NCBI GenBank assembly: GCA_039545335.1
Contig: BCIN01000005.1
Coordinates: 620,001 to 641,850, forward strand
Direction of reading: 5' to 3'
Source: Kondoa subrosea
Taxonomy: Eukaryota
DNA: 21,850 bases
Positions 1-10,036 of the stretch are shown here, piece by piece (position 1 is the first letter of the stretch; each line of letters opens with the position of its first letter). Under the pieces are notes generated by a model. The model was given only the letters and a program-made list of their open reading frames with translations, was not told the DNA's origin and ran no database searches. Made by a program: the position numbers and the translations under genes.

Positions 1-2557
1 TTTCTATTGTTTGCCAAATCCGAATCCTGAGCTACACCACATCGATACGCCTTGAGATGATCTTCAACACTGCCTTTGAGATTTCCAGCCCAGCGCAATA
101 ATCGAGCGTGAGCCAGAAAGATACGACCATTCGAAGAGAAGCGGGTGAGAAGTACTTGATCGAACAGCTCTTGCACTCTTGCTGCTAAACCCCTTGCATG
201 ATCTTCCGCTACAGCCGCTGCAGCATCTTGAGTAACGGCATCGACTAGCCTTTCCAGGACTGGAAGATCCACACAGGCATCTTGGTCTTTCGCTGCTCGC
301 ATTTCCACTATTCGCCTTAGTGCTCGACATGCTTCCGAAAACTCGCCAACATCGATAGATATGACCATGTAGTTCTGCCATATCCGCCAGGAATCGTAGC
401 TATAGCGAATAGCTTGCCGTAGACATTGGTACGCAGCACGTTTGCGAGAGTGAGGTAAAGAAGGAGCATCGGAAGGAAGAGCAGAGATCTTGGTTGGCAT
501 CGGTTCTTCCTCTTCATCCGAGTCTGTAGTAGCCAAAGGTCGATCATCGTCCTCCTTGTCGACCATACGAAGATGAACGCTAGCCAAGTTGTTCCAGCTT
601 TCGCCGTCCTCATCATCCAGAGCGACACATCGACCAAAAGCCTCTTCTGCGCCAGCCCAAGCGTTCCGCCGCAGCTCGCTACATCCCAAAATATACCATG
701 ATCGAATGAATAGAGGATTAATAGCTGTTGCGCGTCTTAGGCATTCCGATGCTTGATCATATTCTCCAGCAGCGAAATGATGACCACCAAGCGACCGCAT
801 AGCTCTTGATGACGACTGGCTAGACACTTCCCAGGCTTTTTGATACCACTCTGGCTTCTTTTCCAGATCGCCTAAAGCACACCAAAGTTTCGATTGCCGA
901 CTTGCACTCATTTTGGCAGATTCTCTTCCGCTTCGACTCTTCATCACATTCTCACTCTCTTGCATTTTGCCTTCGAGTAGTTCTTTAATGATGGAAATAC
1001 CCTTTTCTGTTCGACCAGCAGAAGCATAACATTGGACAACATCTTCCCACATTTCCAATCGTTCAAAGATTTCTAAAGCAGACTTGACAACTCCAATATT
1101 GAGGTATCGTTTCGCCAACTCTTTCTCCATTTCCCATCGACAAGGTAAAGCGAGATCATGGAAATATCTCAACCTTTCCGAAACAGGTGCGCCAATTTCT
1201 TGTAAAGCAGAAGCAGAAGTATCTTCTAATCGCAGTTGATCGACCAGTGATTGGATTTGAAGTACACCTCGTTCGACAGTCCTTGTTCTTTGTGCTTCTA
1301 GACGAGATCGCATTAGTAGACCCATTGAGTGAACTGACCAATTTTCAGATTGTTCCAAAACTCTTGCTACAAAAGTTGCTATTTGATTAGTTGTAAGACC
1401 ATGAGTAGGTGAATCGTTTGCGTGATTAAAGGAAAGAGCTAGGAGAAGGGATTGATCTAATGGATGTAAAGCCGGTTGATGATTCAGGTCTATGGTAGAC
1501 AGGGCAGGTCTTGAAGATGATTCGGAAGAAAGAGAAGTGAAAGCAGTCTTTTCAAGTAGAGTATCATCGTTCAGCAAGAGTGTCGAGGGCTGATCTTCAG
1601 GAGTAGTTTGGCTTGAGGTACCGTTCGTGGCCTTCCTAGATGTCCAGCCAGACCTTTCTCTCCCTCGAGCAAGTACAACCAGTTGTGCCTTCTCGTCTTG
1701 CTGAAATTTGGTTCTTTTGCCTAATCTTCCTGTCAATTCGTACTCTAGTCCAGCTTCATGTGCTGCTTGAAGGAAGAGAAGAGCCGATTTGCGTTCTGAA
1801 GAAGGAGTATTGACTGAGATAATGCGATGATAGTGACCCAAAAGAAGCGTTTGAGAAGCTATCAGATCTTGTTCTTCTTTCGGAAGACTATCGCGAAAGT
1901 GTTCTAAATCGCTTAGCAATTGGTCAGGCAGTAATACAGGGTCATCCAATATCCGCAGATGTACCAGGCAAGTTCTGAGTCGCCAAGATGGTATTGATTT
2001 CAGCGACCACGCGACTGAAGATTCAGATTGATCCAGACCCAATAATTGCCGAGCGAGAAGAAGAAATGCAGCATGCCTGGTAAGATGATATACCGGCTCG
2101 CCAGATAGACTAAGAGCGAGAACAGAGCTCTCGTTGATCGCTTCTGCCTTATCTTCACTCGCAACGAAGAGAGCAGAAGGTTGCAAATGAACTTCAGGAC
2201 CAGTCCAATTCGTTTGTACGAAAGCATGCAAGAGTGAAACAGCAACAGAGAGCAATATCAGCTGAAGATCTGAGTTTCTTGTTTCCTTTGGCAAATTTAT
2301 GCTTGGTGTACCATCTTGTTGTAGTACAAAGAGATTCAAAGCCACAATGACTGGATCAGTCAAGACCTCACCGAACGAGCCTTGCGTAGCTAATTTGGCC
2401 AGTCGTTCGCCATCAGACAAGTCTTCCGATAAATTTGCTCTCCAGCTTGATTCGAGTAACGAGAATTCTACCAATTGCAGGCGCTACATACTCGAATTGG
2501 GCACTTACGCTGCACGATACGGAAGCTGCTTACCTCTGAGCCGGCACTCGTCGACAT
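1..2557 (-). CDS. EMW1: TPR-repeat protein EMW1/TTC27 homolog, 3'-partial (runs off the left edge)
   Basis: ATG at 2557; 24-nt exon 1; GTAAGC..TAG intron 2533-2484. The frame from 2483 matches the frame at base 1, and no stop was found in the segments I translated. It is probably absent from the ORF track because it has no stop in the window. Translation shows family-typical LLHAFVQTNWTGP, ENWSVHSMGLLMRSRLEAQRTRTVERGVLQIQSLVDQ and TPR segments (SWYILGCSELRRNAWAGAEEAFGRCVALDDEDGESWNNLASVHL). Confidence 0.9.
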
Positions 2558-2733
2558 GATTTGAGCTTACTAATTTGCAATGTTATCTCGACACGCTCAA
2601 GAAAGCAATCTCGGGGCTATTGGCTGCTGTGCTTAGAAATCTGGCCTGTTTGGTCGCCACTGGTCGCTACACTGGTCAAATAACAACTTCCAACCGCAAA
2701 TTTCATAGGATTGTTTCTGGCCTGCCTGCACTT

Positions 2734-4342
2734 ATGCCTGGATTCGCTGATCTGCCCAATGAAATATTGGATCAAGTGTCCCATTGCTTCGGCGAACGCA
2801 CAGCATATTATTATCGCACTGAAGCTTCAGAATGGGCCGCTTTATCTCTTGTTTGTCGTTCGTTCTTTCTGTTACAGCAAGACCTGTCATTAGTGTCATT
2901 GATCACACGGAACAGGGCGCTTCCGTCTGTATGCACTTCGGGGCCTGTAAAAATACATTACAGCTGGACAGCTCGCTGATGGCAGATTAGCGAATACTCT
3001 GGCAAGTTCTGCTCATGGGCAATTCGTGCAGGAAGTCAAGTGGGAGATTGAGTTCAGGATTTGGCATGATGTTTACTCCGCGGCTGATCTTCTGTCGGCT
3101 GTATACCGAACATTCGCTTGCCTTGTCTGGTGTCCAAACATTAATGATCTTTCGCTCGCGATGGGTTCAATTTCTGGCAGCTCTCGAACGACGAATGCAA
3201 ACCTGCAGTCATATGATGATGGCGAATGTCCATCGCTCTTGGGCTGTATGCCATGCAATCTGCCCTTTCGCAACAGTCTGCGTCGTTTCAGCTTCTCAGC
3301 CGAGCAATCAATGAACTTTGGCGAAGACTCTTGGCCTTTCATCATGTACTTCTTGCATAGCCCCAACCTTCAAGTAGTTCGCTTCCCTTATCTCATGAGT
3401 TTTCCCTTCCTGGAAGCGCCCGCACAACGTATGGCGAACAGCGTAAAGAAGCTCTACATGCGATATCTGCAAGGCCAAGGCGACTTTTATTTCTTACAAG
3501 AGTCGACCAGCGTTACCTTTTTCGATCTCGACTGCCACCAAGAGGATGTTGATTTTGAAAACGGAAACGTGGAAGATTTTCCCTGGTTCTTCAGATATCT
3601 CTGCCATGATCGGCCTCAACTCTATATAACCAGATTGAAAGTCGTTGACATTGTCCTGAGCGAAAACCTATCGGGCCGAAGCATGAATTTTTACTTTCCC
3701 TCTTTGCGGCACCTGTGTATAGGCATCTCCCAGATCGACACGGGAACAACAACCGCTTTTCAACAGCTCGAAAGACATCTATCTAACCTCTTCAGCGAGA
3801 TTTGCCCGTCTCTGTATACTCTGCAATTGATCAACTCGCAAGATTACACAACAATGCCTGCAGAGCCAATTTCCAATCACCTTCAACCGTTGGTGTCGAT
3901 CTTCTCATGCAAACTCCCTCGCCTCAATAGCTTCATATATCGCAGCCAAATTTTCAGCTGATACGGATCTGAAGTCGCTCGTATTGGTTTACATTTCGCT
4001 TTGTGTGAAAGCGCAGGGATTGAGGAGGTCTATCAAGCGATGAGAGAAGGATTTATCTGGTTGGCTAGGCAGGCTCGGATTGGACTGTGCTTGTCACTCG
4101 AGTTTGATTCAGCTGGGGACTTGGGACAACTGGAAAAAATTAGCAAGCTCAAAAGCTTCACTAGTGTTGGCGATGGTCGCATACAGGTCAAGACTGGCGA
4201 CCGATACCCCTACCGACAACAAGACACGATCGCTAACGATCAGACGTGGTGGGAAGCAAATGTGAACAGATCAAGTGGATGGCTTTCACCTTACCTACTT
4301 GAAGCTGACTGCCGGGATTGTGTAGTGGTCATTGAAGTGTAG
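2734..4342 (+). CDS. F-box-like protein with leucine-rich body; interrupted by one in-frame TGA at 3959-3961 (possible pseudogene, or protein ends at 3961)
   Basis: N-terminus MPGFADLPNEILDQV...WAALSLVCRSF is F-box-like. One intron lies near 2925/2929-2971/2985 (exact ends uncertain). ORFs 3026-3961 and 4001-4342 are in the same frame, separated by a single TGA. LRR-like segments include FPSLRHLCI and CPSLYTLQL. Confidence 0.7.
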
Positions 4343-4937
4343 GAGTGGACAAAGGCAAGCAGGCAGACCTTGGTTTGCGATTAGCCGAGGCGCGCAGTGG
4401 TTGCTTTCGTAGACTTGAAGATCAGCGCGAAAGAGAAGAAGGTACGGCGTCAAGTAGACGCTAGTAGAAGGGCGACGTAGCCATTCGATTACATGCATAC
4501 TGTAATCACTATAACATTATCCAACTGCCCCAGTCCTCACTATACTATACAATGCAAAAGCGTTCCGTCAAAGTGTATTATTCGTTCGCCTAGCATGAGA
4601 GATAGGGAGACTGAATTGGATGAGTGGTAATTCCTGCTGCCGAAATAGGTTGAGATTGATAGGGTCGAAATAGTCTTCAGCTGAGGCACTGTGTAATCAC
4701 AGGCAACTTGAGCTCTGCCTTGTCAAATCCATCCTAGTCCTCAGCAGACATCCCTCGCTTGGGGGCTGCCTTCGGATAACTCTGTCCTTTCACACCCGAG
4801 AGTGCTAATCAAGACAGAGCCGAAAAGGTAACATGGATCGGAGGGGGCTGTCGATACCGAAAGCGATGAGCTGAGAGCTGAATGATCGATGCAGGGAGGT
4901 TGAGAGGATAAGAAGTGAAAGAGCGAAATTGCAAAGG

Positions 4938-6066
4938 TCATTCGAGATCGAATCTAAATACAGTTTGGAACCAATGAAATCAAGCCAGACAGGAAGAAAA
5001 TTGCAACGGAAATCGAGTGAATGAGAGACAGGGAAGAAAGACAGCCATGACAAAGCGCGCTGTTTGTCGTACCTGATTTGTCCGTTTCGATGGCAACATT
5101 TTTGAAAGCCAAGAAAGAAGTCTGAGGAAGAGGAAAGTCAGCAATGTTACTATACAGGAATGCGGCCAGAGTATTGAAGTGCTTCGAGGTCCATACAAAC
5201 GAGAGACCTTCTCAACATCCAAGTCTTGTCTGATCCAAAACAACACTACCCTGACAAGCCATGGCATGAACGAGCCCATTCGACCTCGATCGTCCTCCAT
5301 AAACAGCTGTAGCAGGTCTGATGATCGCTCCATTACCGACATAGTGAACTTCCCATTCGATTCCAGATCCTGCGAGTTGAGCAGAAAGTTCAGTAATCTG
5401 CCTGTCCCTTCTTTCTCTGTTTCTCTGGACATCGATGGTGCTTCGAAGGATGGTAAAGTATGTTCCGGACTCGCGCAATGCATCTTGTGGCAATTTGTTT
5501 GAGATACGAGTGGAAGAAAATCGGCCTCTTTTGCACAATCGACGCAACCCAATAAATTCGAATCTTTATACCCTGTATGCAAGATGAAGCGTAGTAAGCT
5601 ACTTGAAAGAATACACGCTACTTGGAAGAATACAAGCAAGACTAGAAGTGACGACACATACAGATCAACTGGGAATGAGGACATTTATCCAACAAAGACA
5701 CCTTCTTGCCGTGCTTTGCGATCCTCCCTTTCCTGCTTAGCTCATCCTTCTCGTAACAATAAGCGACAATGCCTGATGAGCTTTGTTCTGTCTTCTTCCT
5801 ATTCGTTGATCTATTTTGGCGCTTTGATCCTCGAGCGGGAGCAACGTACTGATGAATTGTACAACTTCGCCTGACTTTCCATACATTGACCAACTTATGA
5901 GTTGCAGGATCATGTACCGGCTTCTCTCGCTCCTCTTGCTCCTTCGGCTCATCTGCTACGGTCTTGCTTAATGCCATTAGATTTTACCTAAAATCTGATA
6001 GACCGTGAAACTTACTTCCACAAAAGTACGAAATCGAGGCACAAAAGCTGGAGCATCAGGATTCAT
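4938..6066 (-). CDS. Hypothetical protein with N-terminal PAM2-like motif and a Cys/His cluster (exon structure tentative)
   Basis: ATG 6066 gives MNPDAPAFVPRFRTFVE, followed by a strong GTAAGT donor at 6015. A 53-nt intron joins ORF 5642-5977. A GTATGT donor at 5661 joins ORF 4980-5684 (CVDC...CHKMHC). A further branch point/acceptor (GCTGAC..CTCAG) lies near 5122-5141, and a tentative stop at 4938-4940. Confidence 0.5.
5598..5634. repeat. Tandem duplication of an 18-nt unit (period 19, one mismatch) containing a 3' splice site
   Basis: GCTACTTGAAAGAATACA (5598-5615) and GCTACTTGGAAGAATACA (5617-5634). Confidence 0.85.
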
Positions 6067-6273
6067 GTCGATTGATCGTAGAAGAGAGAAAAGAGAGGAC
6101 AAAAGAAAATTTCATTTGCGCACGGATATTGACGTAAATGTGTGGTAAAAGATCAGAAGGATAACATAGAGGAGAGGACAGGATATTTGGTTGATAAAAT
6201 GTCATACATTTTACAAGATCCTACTGTGGGAGAAATGCGTATACATAGAAAGGGCGCCAAACAGTTGAAAAGT

Positions 6274-6664
6274 CTATCGTGCGTCAAATTGCATCTGTCA
6301 AGCAATATCAGTAAAGGTTAGTAGTTGCAGTCGTGTTCGCATACCACTGTGAGCCATGGAATTCAGAGACATCAGTCGACGACACTGATGTTCCGAGAAT
6401 TCCACACTCACATCGTTTCGCCCTCTTCTTGTACATGATCCTACATCCACACTCTAAGCATCTAATAGCAGCTTTCGCAGCGATCTCATTATCAGCTCCA
6501 CAATCTGTTCGTATGTATATGATGCTTAAGCACAAAATTGTGAAAGGGCACATAATCAACGAACCTGCACACTGATACTTGGGTTTTCCTTCATCCCTTT
6601 GAAATGGTTGAGATGGTCCTGAAGCGGATTGGGCGGCTCCTCCATAAAGTGGTTGAGTTTCCAT
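6274..6664 (-). CDS. RPC10: RNA polymerases I/II/III shared subunit ABC4 (RPB12/RPC10/POLR2K), 71 aa
   Basis: Exons 6664-6565, 6504-6412, 6346-6345 and 6294-6274 give ...[43 protein letters not shown]: a zinc ribbon (CxxC...CxxC) plus the conserved C-terminus. All introns are GT-AG. Confidence 0.95.
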
Positions 6665-7012
6665 GGATTTTCAAGATTTGCTTCCCTCGAGTCGGACTAT
6701 GATGACTGTGAAAGAGCTCTGTTCTCATAAAGAGAAAGATTAAGCAACCTATATGCAGCTGATTCTCCTTCACGAACAGGTATATGTTGAGGCAGATGAC
6801 TGTCTGAGGAAGAGAGTTGCGAAATTGTGAACTGGAAGGAAGTCAAGTGACCAGTCTCGAAACTCGTGTAGTATGTGTAGATTACAAATGTATAAAGTAG
6901 CAGAAAAGCAGCGCGACGGGTAATGCTACAAAAACCAAACCGGCACTGACAAAAATTCATGTCTCTCTTGCTCTTCATCTCAATGAAACCAGGGTGGAAA
7001 GCTAGGCAGCAA

Positions 7013-7946
7013 TCACATAGCCAAGGTAGCTTGCAGTTGCCGTAGTTCTTCTTCCTCGTCTTCTTCTTCCTGCGATCTCGTTGGCGGTGCTCGTTCTGTT
7101 CGTTCAACAAACCAGGCATCAGCATTAAGCGGATGATCCTGACAGTAGCACGAACGTCTGTCTTCCATCCTCCCTGGTGAATGCACAGGTACAGCATGAG
7201 CTCCAGCCAATTCGCCTTCCAGTTGTTCTTGTTCCAATTCATCCAATTCCGCTTTTAATTCATCCTCGTCCACATCAACACCCATTCCCGCTGGTGGATT
7301 AGAGATGGCTTCGGAGATCTCATTTGTGAGCTGCATCTGTTCTTGAATAGATTCCATAGTAGCATCGACTTTGTTGATATCGCTGTACGATTCAGTCCTA
7401 TCAGAACAAGACAAGACTTGTGATGATCGAGAAGACGCACAGTTTGCCATGAATCGACTTGAGCACAGAGGCACCTTCTTTCATTACATTCAGGTGTTCC
7501 AAGTTCATGTTAGCTGATTCGATAGCGTTAATCTGTGCAGAGAGAAAGGCAGCTGATCAGAGATATACACTGATAGCCTCAGCCTCTACCGCGCACCTGA
7601 GCCTCCAATGTCAATCGTTGACCGGAGAACTTCTCCAAGTCATTCTCATACATCTTGCGTTGCCTCAAAGCAGAAAGTGCCGCTATCATACACCCATCTT
7701 AGCTTGGGTACACTAGGACTGGTCAATGTATAGATGGAAGAACTAACCCTTCTTGTTCGTAGTAGCGTTATTCCTAGCTTTAGTGGTCTCCTCTTGAATC
7801 CTTCGGTTCAGGTGCTCCTCCTTCTTCTCCAGCATGAGCAGATGACCTCGCATGTTGATGATAGTCTCTTTGGCTCGATCCCGTCCTCCTGATCCGCTGC
7901 TACCACTTCCCCCTTTACCGAAAGCCCACGACATCCATGAACTCAT
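7013..7946 (-). CDS. SNF7: ESCRT-III subunit Snf7/Vps32 (CHMP4 family), 5 exons
   Basis: Spliced translation MSSWMSWAFG...LLMLEKKEEHL...NKKAALSALRQRKMYE...LEAQINAIESANMNLE...DINKVDATMESIQEQMQLTNEISEAISNP...DEDELKAELDELEQE...ELRQLQATLAM. Confidence 0.95.
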
Positions 7947-8149
7947 TGTACAGGCTGGCCTTGCGCAAATTAATTGAGGTTCTCCCTGTAACTAGGTGTG
8001 TATGCCGCTCTATTGGATGGGTAGCAGCTATCGAAAGATAAGTCAAGTCGCGGTCAAGACGAACATTCGTGGCTGAAAGCAACAATCTTTGTAGTCGTCG
8101 GGAAACAAGTCTGTCTACAGCTTTGGGAGACTCTATATAGTTGCGCTAT

Positions 8150-9827
8150 CTATGCCCAATCATCTTCTCGCAGTTTCAGCTTCACAGCTTAAAGATAGCG
8201 AAAGTTGAAACTCACCTAAATTCATCATATTACCTGCTTCGCTGATTACTTTCCCTCTGCCTCTACCTAATCCATATACTTCTTTTTTGACCATACTCTC
8301 CACTTCATCAGCGACTGAGGTAACCTATGAGCCTTTTCTTCTCTGCCTATTGCGAATGACCTTACTAGCTAAACAACTTGTCAGACCAGGCGATTCGAAG
8401 CCTAAAAGGTTGATGAATCCAGGAGCAGCATGATTGATTTCAAAATCCGCAGCTTCTTCTCCTTCTTTGTTCAACTTAGGTCTGATTCCCGCGTCTGTTT
8501 TTTGAGTCTTTAGCTATGATGCTTCCCCTTCCGCGAAGTAAGTGACTCACAATCTACTGCAAACCCTTCTCTTTCTAAACCAGGTAGATAATCCTTGACA
8601 GCATCACAAATCAAATCCAATCTTCCTTCATCCACTTCCAACTGAGATTTCCACCAATCTTCCTCGGCTCCTTCAGGTGGATACAACCATTGTACATCTG
8701 GACCAAATCGGATCTCATCTTTGAGACTCATTGTGAGATGAGTACCTAATCCAGCGAAAGATGGTGATGGACAAGGATAAATGAGGTGTTTGACTGATTT
8801 CACTCCTGGTCCTCGATAAGAGAAGTAGGAACCTTTGCAGTAATGGAGAGTTCTTTGTGCTGAGAGTGGTAAGATTTGGTTGATCACATTAGCCGCACTG
8901 TCACACGGCATCAGACTTGATTACGGATGCAAAGGAGAGACTGACTTGAGACCAGCAGCATTTACTACGCATTTTGCTAGTACGCTGCTTCTTTCACCAT
9001 TACTTTCAGTCTGAACAACCCAACCTTCTTCGCTTCCATCCCCTTTCTTACTAGCTCCAGTACTTTCCATTCTATCAATCCTAACCACTCTTGTACCGTA
9101 AACCAATTCTCCCTGTCCAGTAGCTGTAATATCTCTTTCCAGACTTTGCATCAAAGCATGGGAATCCATTATTCCAGTAGTGGGTGAAAAGACTGCGCCT
9201 ATCACATGTTCATTCAAATCCGGTTCCATTTGTCTTGCTTCTTGACCTGATAAATATTGCAAAGGTACAGGTCCACCGATCTCTTTAGGTAAAGCAGAAC
9301 AGTATGCTTGAAGTTTCTCTAAATGAATTTGCTGAGCAGGAGTAGTAGCGACAATGAGTTTGCCTTTCTTTGCAAAAGAAATAGAATTCGCTTCTAGATA
9401 GGAATAGAGCTTCTTCCGACCAGTAATACATAATCTGGTTTTGAGAGAAGAGAGTCCATAGTAAAGACCAGCATGGATTACCTAATCAAAGAAATTGAGT
9501 TGAGACAAGAAGTCCAGAGAGAGGAAGAACACACACTTCACTATTCCGAGAGCTACAACCGAATCAGTAAGAGAAGACCTGAGAATCGACACCGAGCTGA
9601 CCTAGTCTCCATACCAGGAAACTCATTTCTAATAATGCAAGTCAATCTATAGACTGAGATCAGCTCAAGTAGCAAGCGCACCGCTCGACGAGGAAGGTTG
9701 TCCGGTTATGCAGCTTCGCAAGACTCCTCGCAACAGCAAGACCAATGCATCCAGCTCCAATGACCAAATTATCTATTCTGATTTCTGGCGCCAAGTAAGG
9801 GAAGCGCTGTCTCAGCAGCTGGGCCAT
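8150..9827 (-). CDS. FAD-dependent oxidoreductase, L-2-hydroxyglutarate dehydrogenase family (DAO superfamily)
   Basis: Rossmann motif [13 protein letters not shown]; spliced motif [62 protein letters not shown]. The last exon is uncertain: DDWA* ending at 8150, or an alternative acceptor ending near 8133. Confidence 0.9.
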
Positions 9828-10036
9828 CTGAGTTGTGGTGTGGTACTCTGTACTGCTATGGCTTCATCATGAAATTGAAGCAAGTAGATGTACTTCCGAT
9901 GGTCGAAGGCAAGTAAGCTGGAGAATCAGAACTGACTCCATCGATTGCAAGGATAATGTACAAAGCTATATGTATACATACAATGGATATTCGACATTCT
10001 CCTTACTTCAACCTACGTCCTTTCCGCTTTAACTAC

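Noticed and set aside
64..2559. Short ORF-track entries (64-381, 317-637, 1156-1341, 1187-1390, 2000-2245, 2299-2559)
   Set aside because: They are alternative-frame or antisense shadows of the long EMW1 exon.
3959..3961. Selenocysteine decoding of the in-frame TGA
   Set aside because: No convincing SECIS downstream, no redox-motif context, and Sec machinery is not known in Dikarya.
4500..6066. Telomerase RNA (three-way-junction-like fold at 4680-4745)
   Set aside because: No CCCTAA-type template is seen upstream on that strand, and the small loop lacks the conserved P6.1 U/G pattern.
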